64,000 nucleotides of DNA from an uncultured delta proteobacterium. Its GTDB lineage: Bacteria > Desulfobacterota > Binatia > DP-6. Below are positions 38,858 through 49,500 of this stretch, piece after piece. A model generated the notes under the pieces. The model was given only the letters and a program-made list of their open reading frames with translations. It did not search any database and was not told where the DNA came from. The stretch covers positions 320,001 through 384,000 of the forward strand of contig CAWFFN010000005.1 of assembly GCA_963815115.1 (NCBI GenBank). Direction: 5' to 3'. The translations under genes and the position numbers were made by a program. Numbering within the stretch: position 1 is the first letter of the stretch; each line of letters starts with the position of its first letter.

Positions 38858-40255
38858 ATGACGAAGGCCCCGCTCGCAGCCGTCCTCCTGACATCCGTGC
38901 TCGCCGGCGCCGCGCAGGCGGCCGGCCAGCCCGATCACCCCTGGCCGCCCGACGCGTCGAAGTACGACCCCCCGGGCACGGAGGTCGCCCCGGGCCTCAA
39001 GGTCGGGGATACGCTGGATCAGTCCAACGCGGACAAGGCGAAGGACCTCCTGCCGCCCGAGATCCTGAAGCACTACAAGGACGGCGGGTATCGCAACGAG
39101 ATCGGCACGTGGCCGGAAGGCATCATCTACCGGGAGAAGTCGTTCGAGGAGTCGACACGGAAGAACGCCTCCAAGTACGACATCGATCCCGAGACGGGCA
39201 CGATCGTCGACAAGGCGACCGGGAAGCCGCCCGAGTACGTCTACGGCATCCCGTTTCCCACCCTCGATCCCGGGGATCCGCGCGCCGGCATCAAGGCCGT
39301 GTGGAACATGTTCCACAACTACTGGAACAACGGCAGCTATCACTTCAACGCCATCCTGGTGTGGACCAACCCGGGGGGGAAGGAGCGCGAGGCACTCCAG
39401 GACGTGTGGTTCCAGTACTACGAGAACCAGGCACCGGCCTATCGCGTTCCGAATCCGCAGGATTTCTCGTGGCAGGGGCTCGCGAACGCGATGTCGCCCG
39501 CCGATCTGAACGGCACCGCCGCCCTCAACTACCGCTGGCGGGATCCCAAGAAACGGGACGCCACCTGGACCTACGTCCCCGCCCTGCGCCGCGTGCGGGC
39601 CGTCAGCCCATCCAACCGCTCCGATGGCGTGCTCGGGTCCGATCTCGGCCAGGATGACGGGCACTTCTTCGACGGCAAGCCGGAGGACTTCAACTGGAAG
39701 ACGGTCGGAATGCGCGAGGGGCTGCGCATCACGGAGCCGTACTCGTTGAAGGGGCAGGGCGGCCCGCTCACCTGGCAGGACGGGAGCGGCTGGCGAGACA
39801 ACTGGCCCAAGGCCCCCGCCGTCGCCGGCTACGCCCTGAAGGACTGGAAGGGCGTGGGCTGGGCGCCGACGGACGCCGTGCTCACGAAGCGCAAGTTCTG
39901 GGTCGTCGAGGCGACGCCCAAGGACCGCTACTACCTCTACGGGCGGCTCGAGCTGTGGATCGACGCTGAGTCGTGGATCGGCGCCTGGAATCGCAAGGAC
40001 GACTGGAAGGGCGAGCTGCTGAACACCTACCAGGTGCAGGGATACCTGAACCATCCGGCCATCAAGCCGGGACAGGACGAGGTCGAATGGCTGTGGAGCT
40101 CGCAGGGCGCGTGGCAGTGCGCGGAGAACGTGAAGATGAACCGCGCCACGCTCGCCGGCCTGCGCTCGAACCCGTCGTCGCTCTTCGACCGCCGGGTGAA
40201 GCACAACATCGCGCAGCTGTTCGACATGCAGACGCTGAGCCGGTTCGGCAAGTAG
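38858..40255 (+). CDS. DUF1329 domain (LolA-like) exported protein
   Basis: Signal peptide; GIPFP, WN, WTYVPALRRVR, VVEATPKD.YY.YG. Confidence 0.88.
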   Translation: MTKAPLAAVLLTSVLAGAAQAAGQPDHPWPPDASKYDPPGTEVAPGLKVGDTLDQSNADKAKDLLPPEILKHYKDGGYRNEIGTWPEGIIYREKSFEESTRKNASKYDIDPETGTIVDKATGKPPEYVYGIPFPTLDPGDPRAGIKAVWNMFHNYWNNGSYHFNAILVWTNPGGKEREALQDVWFQYYENQAPAYRVPNPQDFSWQGLANAMSPADLNGTAALNYRWRDPKKRDATWTYVPALRRVRAVSPSNRSDGVLGSDLGQDDGHFFDGKPEDFNWKTVGMREGLRITEPYSLKGQGGPLTWQDGSGWRDNWPKAPAVAGYALKDWKGVGWAPTDAVLTKRKFWVVEATPKDRYYLYGRLELWIDAESWIGAWNRKDDWKGELLNTYQVQGYLNHPAIKPGQDEVEWLWSSQGAWQCAENVKMNRATLAGLRSNPSSLFDRRVKHNIAQLFDMQTLSRFGK

Positions 40256-40375
40256 CGGCGTCGGACGTACGACTCCGCCGCTCCGCGGGACGCGCGCCTC
40301 CCCTTGACCTCGCGTCGGCCCGCGTGCATTCCTCGCGCGGCAAGGTGAGCCCGCCGCATCGTGCGGCAGGGACCG

Positions 40376-41657
40376 GTGGCGACCTACGAGACCGATCCTG
40401 GCAATCGACGGCGGCCCTCCCGTCCGCGCGCCCGGCCGACCCTGGCCGACGTGGCCCCGCTACACGGACGCGGCTCGCCGCGAGGTCGACGCCGCCCTGG
40501 CGAGCGGTCGCTGGGCGATCAGCGGGCCCTGGACCGGCGAGCCGTGCCGCGCGCGCCGCTTCGCCGAGCGCTTCGCGGCGTTCCACGGCGTGGAGCACTG
40601 CATCCCGACGGCGAACGGCAGCGCAGCGCTTCTCGTCGCGCTGGAGGCGCTCGACGTCGGCGCGGGCGACGAGGTCATCGTACCCGGGCTGACGTGGGTG
40701 GCCAACGCGTCCGCGGTCGTGCGCGCGAACGCCATACCCGTTCTGGTCGACATCGATCCCGAGACGCTGTGCCTGTCGGTGGAGGCGACGCAGCGTGCGC
40801 TGTCGTCGCGTACGCGCGCCGTCTGCGTGGTGCACCTCTACTCCGCGATGGCCGACATGGACGCGTTTCGCGCGCTCGCGGCCGAGGCGGGCGTGCCGCT
40901 CCTCGAGGACTGCGCGCAGGCCCACGGCGCCGCCTGGCGTGGCGCTCGTGCCGGGACGCTCGGCACGGTCGGCGTCTTCAGCATGCAGCAGACCAAGGTG
41001 CTCACCGCCGGCGAGGGAGGCGCGGTGATCACCGCCAGCGCGGAGCTCGCTCACCGGCTGGAGCAGCTGCATGCCGACGGGCGCGTGTTTCGACAGCCAC
41101 CTCCGCCCGCGGGAGATCTCGAGCTGGCCGAGATCGGCGAGGTGATGGGGGCGAACCTGGCCTTGTCGGAGGTCCAGGCCGCGCTGCTGCTCGAAGGGCT
41201 CGCGCGGCTCGAGGACGAGAACGAGGTGCGCGAACGCAACGCCCGGCGGCTCGATGCCGCGCTCGGCGAGCTGCCCGGCGTGACACCGGTCCGGTGCCTT
41301 CCAGGCCAGACTCGTCGCTCGTACTATCACTACGTGCTCCGGATCGACGTGCGGCGATTCGGGTGGAGCGACGTCGGGCGGCTCACGGCCATGCTGAGCG
41401 CCGAGCTCGGTTTGCCCGCCGAGCGGGTGTATCGACCGCTGAACGACCACCCCCTCTACCGGCCGGCGACGAAGCGCACCACCGCGCTGTCGGCCTCGTA
41501 CCGTGCCGCCGTCGACCCGGCTCGCTTCCGCCTTCCCGAATGCGAGCGGGCCCATGCCGAGGTGATTTCGTTCCATCACCGCCTGCTCCTCGGCGACGAC
41601 CGCGACATGGACGACGTGGTCCGCGCCTTCCACAAGGTGTGGGACCATATGGGATAG
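40376..41657 (+). CDS. BtrR/StsC-like L-glutamine:(2-deoxy)-scyllo-inosose aminotransferase (DegT/DnrJ family); start defective or non-canonical
   Basis: In-frame LAIDGG..WPTWP...GRWAISGPWTG from 40398; EDCAQAHG, FSMQQTKVLTAGEGG, LEQLHADGR, GANLALSEVQAA; no ATG/GTG/TTG in frame between the stop at 40305 and 40590; GTG at 40376 is one base out of frame. Confidence 0.85.
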
Positions 41658-41667
41658 GTCGACGGGC

Positions 41668-42699
41668 ATGCGCTACGCGACGATCCTGCTCCTGATTGCC
41701 GGCACGGCGCTGCTCGGCTTCACGCTGGCCCGCGCCGATCTCGGTCAAGCTTGGAGCCAGCTCCACGACGTCGGCTGGTCTGGCACCGCGGTGCTCGCCG
41801 GCCTGCTCTTCGCCGCCTCGCTCGCCCAGGCAGGCGTCCTGATCCAGACGGTTCCAACCGCCCGCATGACCGCGCACTGGGCTCACGCACTCTGGAAGGT
41901 CTGGATGGTGGGCGAGGCGTTCAACACGGTGACTCCGCTGGGCTCGTTCGGGGGTGAGCCCGTCAAGGCTGCCTTGCTGAAGAAGCACTACGGCATCGGC
42001 CTGCGGGAAGGGGCTGCCGCGCTCGTCCTGGCGCAGACGATCGGCATCATCGCCCTCGTGGCCTTTCTCGTCGCGGGCTTCGTGCTCATGCTGAGGAGTC
42101 CGGTCATCCCGTCGGCGTACCGCGTGACCGTCGGGTCCGCCCTCGCGGCGTTCGGCGGCTGCGTCCTGCTCCTGTTCCTCACCCAGCGCCACGGGATGCT
42201 GTCACGGGTGGGCAGGCGCCTCGCGAGCACGCGCTTCGGCGGCCGGGCGCAGACCCTCGTCGAGCTGGTGCACGACGTCGAGCACCGGCTGATCGCGTTC
42301 TACACCGGTCAACGCCCTCGCTTTGCCCTCGCCGTGGGCCTCGGCTTCGCGTACTGGCTGTTCGGCATGCTCCGCACCTACGCCACCATGGCGTGGCTCG
42401 GGCGGCCGATCACGTGGACGGACGCCTGGATCATCGAGGCCGGGTTGCTGCTCGTGCGCTCCGTCCTGTTCCTCGTGCCCGGAAACGTCGGCACGCAGGA
42501 GGCGGCACTGGTCATGAGCGTCGGCGCGATCACGGGCTCGAGCGCGCTCGGGCTCGCGATGGCCATCATCCGGCGCGTCCTCGAGCTCGCCTGGGTGGGA
42601 GTGGGACTGCTCGTGGGCTGGACGTTCTCGTGGGCTCCCGAGGCCATCCCGGGAGCCGTCTCCGAACCTGCGCCGCCCGCGCCGGATCTTTCGGCCTGA
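41668..42699 (+). CDS. Lysylphosphatidylglycerol-synthase TM / flippase-like protein (UPF0104/HpnL-like)
   Basis: Multi-TM; GEAFNTVTP...GGEPVKA.LL, FLVPGNVGTQEA, RRVLEL.W. Confidence 0.85.
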   Translation: MRYATILLLIAGTALLGFTLARADLGQAWSQLHDVGWSGTAVLAGLLFAASLAQAGVLIQTVPTARMTAHWAHALWKVWMVGEAFNTVTPLGSFGGEPVKAALLKKHYGIGLREGAAALVLAQTIGIIALVAFLVAGFVLMLRSPVIPSAYRVTVGSALAAFGGCVLLLFLTQRHGMLSRVGRRLASTRFGGRAQTLVELVHDVEHRLIAFYTGQRPRFALAVGLGFAYWLFGMLRTYATMAWLGRPITWTDAWIIEAGLLLVRSVLFLVPGNVGTQEAALVMSVGAITGSSALGLAMAIIRRVLELAWVGVGLLVGWTFSWAPEAIPGAVSEPAPPAPDLSA

Positions 42700-42789
42700 G
42701 CTGCGCGCCCGAGCGCCCCGCCTCCGGCCGACGTCGGGTCCCTGGCCACCTCCGCCTGCCCGGCGGCTATTGCCGATGGTCGAGCCCGG

Positions 42790-42905
42790 TGGTACGGAAC
42801 CGGCTCGTGGCCGAGTGGTGTCAGGAACGCGGTCAGGAGCTGGCGGACGCCTGGGATGCGGCTATCAACGGAAGGGAGATCCCATGGGTGGCTCCACTCC
42901 GCTGA
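42790..42905 (+). pseudogene. C-terminal remnant of a DUF4160-like protein
   Basis: RNRLVAEWCQERGQELADAWDAAINGREIPWVAPLR*; overlaps the next ATG; N-terminus missing. Confidence 0.55.
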
Positions 42906-43173
42906 TTCGTGCGGTCACGACGCCCGCGTACATGCGGGTCTCGATCGAGGCTAGCGACGGCAACCGATACCACGCCGATCTGTCCTCGTTCTCGGCGGTT
43001 ACTGCTTCCCGCGCAACGCGGACGAATGGTCTAAGGTGTCGATCGACTCCTACGGCCTTGGCCTCGTGTGGGCTACGAGATTCGAGGTCCACGTCGACCA
43101 GATCATCGGGTTGACAGATCATGTGGAGCGGGTCGCGGAGTCGCCGCCGACGACGACGCCCGCCTCCTCCTGA
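42884..43173 (+). pseudogene. Frameshifted DUF2442-like protein
   Basis: MGGSTPLIRAV...HADLSSFSAV, then a shifted frame at about 43000 YCFPRNADEWSKVSIDSYGLGLVWATRFEVHVDQIIG...*. Confidence 0.6.
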
Positions 43174-43377
43174 GGGCCGGGACCGACCAAGGGCTCGGAA
43201 ATGGATGGGGCCCGTACCCCGGCACATCTGTAGATAGCGGTTTCGGGCAGATAGCGGACGTAGCCCCCGCCCCCTTCAGCCCCGGCTTGCACGGTTCAGC
43301 CGCACGTGCGGCGTGTCGCCGATCGCGTCGAGGATCGTCGTGGCGCGCCCGGAGCAGTCCGGCCGGCTCGGGCCGCG

Positions 43378-44133
43378 TCAGCGCCGCGGCCAGGCGACCC
43401 GCCCGCGTCGGACCTGCTCGAAGAACCACTCGTGGAAGCCGCGGGCGAGTATCCACTCGATCCGATCGCCGCGCCACACGATACGCTCGGGGCGTGCAGG
43501 GACGCCGCCTTCACGGAGAAACGCCTGCGTGCGGTCGAGGTCGGCGCGGCACGGGTCGAGCCGCCGAAGACGCTGGTACCAGGCGAGGAGGCACGGATGG
43601 GTCGTGCCGTCGAACGAGACGTCGAGGAAGCGGACGGCCGTCAGGTGCGGGAAGAGCGCGAGGTCGGCGATCGACAGCGCGCCGCAGAGGAACTCGCGAT
43701 CCGCAAGCACGCGCTCGAGCTCGGTGTACACCGGCGCCAGGTCCTCGCGCGCCGCGTCGCGCAGACCCGGCGGCTCCTCGCCCGGGTGAAAGCCGAAGCC
43801 GCCATTCGAGACGTCGTGCGTGATGGCGTCGAGGAGCGTGTCGGCGAGCCGCTCCCAGTGGAGCGCCCGCGCCCGTTCCTCGGGGTCGGACGGATACACC
43901 GGACGCTCCGAGTAGCGCTGCTCGAGGTACGCCACGATGTGAGAGGAGTTGATCACGAGCAGCTCCCCGTCCTGCAGGACGGGGACTTCGACCCTGGGAT
44001 TCACCGCCGCGAGCCGTGCGTGTCCCGCCGGGGCGAGTCCGTCAATCACCTCGAACGCGAGCCGCTTGTGTTCGAGGACCATGCGCACCTTGCGGGCGAA
44101 GGGGCTGAATGCGTTGTCGTAGAGCGTGATCAC
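43378..44133 (-). CDS. Glutathione S-transferase family protein
   Basis: LYDNAFSPFARKVR, NPRVEVPVL, NSSHIVAYLE, LSIADLA. Confidence 0.9.
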   Translation of the reverse strand: MITLYDNAFSPFARKVRMVLEHKRLAFEVIDGLAPAGHARLAAVNPRVEVPVLQDGELLVINSSHIVAYLEQRYSERPVYPSDPEERARALHWERLADTLLDAITHDVSNGGFGFHPGEEPPGLRDAAREDLAPVYTELERVLADREFLCGALSIADLALFPHLTAVRFLDVSFDGTTHPCLLAWYQRLRRLDPCRADLDRTQAFLREGGVPARPERIVWRGDRIEWILARGFHEWFFEQVRRGRVAWPRR

Positions 44134-44239
44134 GAGGATTCGCGCCTCCGGTCCCAGCCTGGGCGACGGCCAGGGCCGACGCAAGGGCGGGACGAGCGCG
44201 CCCATCGCACCCGGTCGCGACCTGTGGCATCGGATGCCC

Positions 44240-44542
44240 ATGTACGCCCGCATCGGCACCTTCGATGCTCCGCCCGATCGGCTGGACACCGTCGTCGACC
44301 ATTTTCGCGACAGCGTCGTCCCCGCCTTTTCGAAGCACGACGGCTTCGGCGGCTACCGCCTCTACGTCGATCGCGAACGCGGCCGCCTCGTCGGCATCTC
44401 GCTCTGGACGACCCGCGCCGCCCTCGAGGCGAGCGTCGCCACCGCGCGCACCGCGCTGGATGGGGCGGCTCGGCTCGGCGCGACGATCGTCGGCGAGCCG
44501 CAGACATTCGCCGAGGCCTTCGACGCCAGTCCCGTGCCATGA
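44240..44542 (+). CDS. Antibiotic biosynthesis monooxygenase (ABM)-like protein
   Basis: MYAR..., GFGGYRLYVDRERGRLVGISLW. Confidence 0.75.
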   Translation: MYARIGTFDAPPDRLDTVVDHFRDSVVPAFSKHDGFGGYRLYVDRERGRLVGISLWTTRAALEASVATARTALDGAARLGATIVGEPQTFAEAFDASPVP

Positions 44543-44623
44543 GTCCCGGGATGCGCCGTTGGCGAGACGCCGACGTCACGGCGCACTTTGAGTCCGGGAC
44601 TGGGGTGACGTAGTCGACCGCCG

Positions 44624-46450
44624 TCACGGCCCCTGCCCCGTCGCGGCGCTCCACGCCTCGACGCTCGAGTATGTCTCCGCGCCCCAGACGATCGACACCG
44701 GGGCACCACCGGTGTCGTACTCGTTGCCAGTGAAGAGCAGGCCCGGCTGGCGCGCGGGCTCCGGTACGACGATCAGCGGCACGCCGTCCTGCGTCGTGAT
44801 CGCGTTGCCCTCGAAGGTCGTGTCGACGTTCGTCGTGCCGTCGCGCACGACGTGAATCCCGAACGGACCGTCGCCCACCGGCGCGCCGGGCTCGCGCGGG
44901 CCGACCTCGATCCGGTTGCCTGCGAACCTCGTGCGCACCGCACCACCGCCGACCACGAGCCCGCCGCCGTTGGTGCGGCCGTCGTTCACCGACACGTTGT
45001 CGAGCACCTGGTTGTCCCCCATCGGGCGCGCGCCGGCGAACTGGTAGACGAGGAAGCCCGAGCCGACGTTGTCGTGGCTTTTGTTGCGGTGCAGCACGCA
45101 ATTCGTGGCGCCGCCGTCGAGGTCGAAGCCGCCGCCGTCCCGCGTGCCGGACCGGTTGCCCCACGCCTCGTTGTGCTCGATGACGACGCGGTTCGAGTCC
45201 CAGGTCCAGATGCCGATCGGGCCGCCCGGGAAGTCGTTGCGCCATCCGTTGTCCCAGGCGCGCGAGCGCGCGATCAGACCTCCGTCCACGTCGACCAGGA
45301 CGATACCATTCCCGCTGTTGCCGCCCTTGCCCGCAATGCCGGGGTTGGCGTGGCTCGCGCTGTGCACGACCTTCACGTTCGCGTGCGCCCAGCCAACCGC
45401 GTTGCTGGCGAACGAGCCGTAGGTCAGGATGCCGGCGTCGGCGTTGTCGTGCGCGTCCACGCGGAAGAAACGGACGTCGGAGAAGCCGGTCTTGACTGGA
45501 CGCCCGAGCGCGTCGGTCGCGTAGCCGCCGAGCACGAGACCGACACCGCCGAAGCCGCTCACCTCGACGTTCGTGACGCGAGCGTAGTCGAATCGCGTTC
45601 CGGGCACGGCGACGTCGGAGTAGAACGAGATGCCGTCGCCGCGGTTGCCTGCGTCGCGTCCCGCACCGACGACGATCAGCCCGCTCAGGCTCACCCCGCC
45701 CGCGTCGTAGACGAGGATGCCGCCGCCGGTGCCGCCGTCGATCGTCGCGCGGCCACCGCCGAAGCTGCGGACGGTCACCGGCCGGCGGCGGGTGCCCGCG
45801 TCCTCGGGGCCGATCACCAGCCGGCCATCGAAGGTGGCGCGGCCCTCGAGCAGGATGCGGTCGCCGGGCTCGAGATCGACCTCGTTCACCCGGGCGAGCG
45901 AGCGCCACGCGGTGGCGCGGCTGTTGCCCGCCGCGGCGTCGTCGCCCGCGGCACGGACGAAGTACGCGGTCGCGGCGCTGGACTGGGGTGCGGCCACGAG
46001 CACGGCCACGGCGAAGGCCGCGGCCAGTGCTCGACCGGGCGAGCTACGGTGTCGAGGTCGATCCAGGGGGATCAGCGTGTGGCCCGCGCGCGCCCAGATG
46101 CAAGCGCCGCGTGCGGAGCCGTCGGCCGGCGCCTCGGCACGCCCAAGGGGCGCGAGCGCGCCGCCGGGTACGTCGCCCGCGTCGTCGAGCCGAAGGGCGG
46201 CTGGTCGCGCATCTCGCGCGGTAGCGAGAACCGCGTAGCGTAGCGCGGACCGGGGGCATGGGCGAGTGCGCCGGTCCGCCCGGCCGACGGCGATCCGAGC
46301 TGCGACCTCGACGGCCACTGCAACGATCAGTGCCTCTTCGGACTGAGCATCTGTGCGACGTCGCCGTCTGTCGTGCTCTACGGTGCTTCTCTCGTCGTTG
46401 AGTCTCCAGCCTCGTGATCGTGCAGGTCGTCGTCTGCGCTGCGCCGGCAC
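44624..46450 (-). CDS. Secreted right-handed parallel beta-helix protein (true start probably near 46080)
   Basis: Signal-like ALAAAFAVAVLVAA; YFVRAAGDD..AGNS...AWRSL; DGGGFDLDGG; repeated N..HDN. Confidence 0.8.
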   Translation of the reverse strand: MPAQRRRRPARSRGWRLNDERSTVEHDRRRRRTDAQSEEALIVAVAVEVAARIAVGRADRRTRPCPRSALRYAVLATARDARPAALRLDDAGDVPGGALAPLGRAEAPADGSARGACIWARAGHTLIPLDRPRHRSSPGRALAAAFAVAVLVAAPQSSAATAYFVRAAGDDAAAGNSRATAWRSLARVNEVDLEPGDRILLEGRATFDGRLVIGPEDAGTRRRPVTVRSFGGGRATIDGGTGGGILVYDAGGVSLSGLIVVGAGRDAGNRGDGISFYSDVAVPGTRFDYARVTNVEVSGFGGVGLVLGGYATDALGRPVKTGFSDVRFFRVDAHDNADAGILTYGSFASNAVGWAHANVKVVHSASHANPGIAGKGGNSGNGIVLVDVDGGLIARSRAWDNGWRNDFPGGPIGIWTWDSNRVVIEHNEAWGNRSGTRDGGGFDLDGGATNCVLHRNKSHDNVGSGFLVYQFAGARPMGDNQVLDNVSVNDGRTNGGGLVVGGGAVRTRFAGNRIEVGPREPGAPVGDGPFGIHVVRDGTTNVDTTFEGNAITTQDGVPLIVVPEPARQPGLLFTGNEYDTGGAPVSIVWGAETYSSVEAWSAATGQGP

Positions 46451-46552
46451 TCACCAGGCGTCCATTCTGGGTCGCGGGGCGCCCCACGTTGCACGCGGGG
46501 AGCGCGGCCCCAGACGGCTATCTGAGCTCGCGGCTCAGGACATGAACCGGGG

Positions 46553-49500
46553 TCACGTGCTCGCGCTTGAAGCTCGCAGGACCACCGTCGACGGGCAGCG
46601 CCGCACCGTGACCGCGTCGGCGCCGAACTCCGGTACCGCCCTGCCGTCGAGCTCGACCGCGCGCAGCGTGCCGCCGAGCGGCGGGCGCAGGACGATGCCG
46701 CCCGGCGGCGCGACGTCGCCGCGCAGGGCGATCGTCACGGCGTCGTCGCCGGCGCGGCGCAGCGTGAAGCCGAGCGTGCCCCAGTAGGTGACGAGCCCGT
46801 CGACTTCGACGTCTGCCTCGTCGAGCCACGCGGACGGAATGCCGGCCGCGATCACGAGCGCCTCGTCCACCATGCGCTCGTACGCCAGCATCGTGCGGAA
46901 CGAGAGCACCCACTCCGCCGCGATCCACGCGTGCGGCACGTCGCCGATGTGGCCGGGGCTCCGCGGATCGCGCCACGAGATCTCGGGCCACTGGTTCCAT
47001 GGGGCGGGACGACGATCGCCGATGAGGAAGCTGGCCAGCTCGTTCGCGGCGCTGCGCTCGCCGAGGCACACGAGCGCGCCGACGATGCGCACCTCGTAGG
47101 CGGTGTAGTTCTTCCACGGAATCTCGCCGCCGCGCCGCTGCCGAAAGCCGGTGAGGTACTTCGCGTACGTGTGCGCGGCGGCGTCGCGCGGCAGCGTGGG
47201 CAGCTCGCCGAGGAGCGAGATCGCGTTCGACGTCGCCGTCGGATCGAAATCCGCCCACTCGACCGAGCCCGGCACGTAGTCGAGGCCCCGCACGGCGATC
47301 GTCGTCTCGAGCGACGCGCGCACGTGGGTGCGCATCGCGTCGCGCAGCCCGCGCAGCCGCGCCGCCTCTGCCGCGTCGCCGCGGACGCCGGCCAGGTACG
47401 CGGCGTCGGCGAACGCGCGGATCGCCCAGAAGTCGTCCCAGTAGGCGTGCACCGGGTGGGCGAGGTAGCCCTCGTGGCTCGCCGACTCGGGCAACAGGCC
47501 GCGAAACGCGCGCTTCTCGGGGGTGTCGTACTCGGCCGCGAGGCGCGTCTCGCGCAGCCGCGCGAGGAAACCGACGGCCCGTTCCACCGACGGCCACAGC
47601 GAGTCGAGGAAAGCGCGGTCGGCCCCGAAGCGGACGCACTCGGTGACCGTGAAGACGAGCTCGCCGTGGCTGTCGTGCTCGACGAGCCAGTCGGGTCCGT
47701 TGTGGTCGACGATGCAGGGGACGTTGCCATCGTCCTTCTGATACGGGGCGTACCAGCGCACGAACGCTTGCGCCGCGTCGGCGCACCCCATGCGCAGCAG
47801 CGCCGCCGCCATGATGGCGCCGTCGCGGATCCAGGAGCGCGTGTAACGGCGCGGTCCCGGCTGGAGCGCCGGGCCGTCGCGCAGGACGAGCACGTGCGCA
47901 ACGGCCGTGCGCATCGTGTCGGCCCACGGACGAGCGCTCGCCGGCAGGCGGACGGTCACGCCGCCGAGCCGCTCGCGCCAATCCCGCCGGATGGTCTCCA
48001 GCGGCGGCGCCACCACGTCCATGTCCGCCATCGTGCCGAACGGGACCGCGAGGTGCACCTCCGCCGCGCCGCCCGCCGCCAGCGCGACGTCGAAGCGCAG
48101 CGCGCCCGAGGCGTAGCCGAACGCGTCGACGACGTGCGTCCGCGGCGGCACGTCGCCGCCGTGGAGGTGCGCGACGACGCCGCCCTGGTCGAAGGTCGCG
48201 GCGCCCGCGCCGTCGGCCGGCGTGAGCGCGACCACCGTGCGCGCGCCGTCGACGCGCAGCCCGCGAGCGGATGCCACGATCTCGCCGATCGAGCTCATGC
48301 CGCCGAGCGCGCCGAACGCCTGCCATGGCGGCGTCACCTGGAACGGACGGCACGTGGCGAACAGCCGCACCGACTGCGCCGGTCCGTCGTGCTCGAGGCG
48401 ATAGCGGACGAAGAGCACGGGTCGGTCGTCGACGCGCGCCGCGAACGCCGTGGTCCGCAGCACGAGCCCGCCGACGCGCCACACGGACGACGGGATCGGC
48501 AGCCAGCCGTCGTCGAGCTCCTGGCTCACCGCGGCGTCGGCCCACGTGACCAGGGCACCGTCGACGAACAGGAACGGCTCGAGCGAGAAGGTGCCGCGGT
48601 CGACCTCGATCCGGCCCTCCTCCTCGATGAGCGCGCAGGTGTCGCCGTCGGCGACGCCGATCGGCGTCCAGTAGCTCTGCTCGCCGACCTGGTAGCGGGG
48701 GCAATCGCCGCGCGGCAGGTCGGCCGCGACGGCGCGGAAGAAGCTGTCGATCGAGCGCGAGAACTCGTACGGACGGATCTCGATCCGCGACAGGCCGAGG
48801 CCGTCGCCGGCGCTCTCGTCGAGCTCGAGCCGCAAGTAGCGGGCCGACGTGCCGGGCATGTAGACCCAGCTGCGGGCGGCGTCGGCGTGCGTGGTGGTGT
48901 GCGCCGTCTGCCAGGCGATCCCGTCGTTCGACGTCCGCACGCGGAACGCGCGTGCGCGCCCGCCGTCTTCCCAGTGGAGGACGAGGCCGCCGTACTCGCG
49001 CTCGCCCTGGAAGTCGACGTCGAGCCACTGCGGCGCGGCGCCCTGGCTTCGCCAGCTCGTTGCCGGCGACGCCGTGAAGAGGTCGTCGGCCCCGTGCCCC
49101 GGCTGCGCGCTCGACGCACGCACCACGGGCGCGGCGCGGACCGTGCGGTCCTCGAAGCGCAGGTCGGCAAGCCAGACGCTGCCGCGGCCGCCGGGGCCGG
49201 CCGCGAGCGCGATCTCGATGGTGCCCACCTCCGAGATCGCTCCGCCGCCGGCGGGGCCCCACGCGAACTCGACCTGGCTCGAGCGGACGCGCATGGGTTG
49301 CCACTGCGGCGGCAGCGCGAGCGCCTCTTCACGGTACCACCACACGTTCTCGCCGCCCGGTGCAGCCAGCTTGATCTCCAGCCGATTGCGCGGACCGTCT
49401 CCCCGTAGCGCGAACGCGAGCGCCCAGGTCTCGGGCAGTTGCAGCGCCAGCTCCTTGCGCGCCACCACGAAGCCGCCGCCCCCGGCGAAATCGAAGTCGA

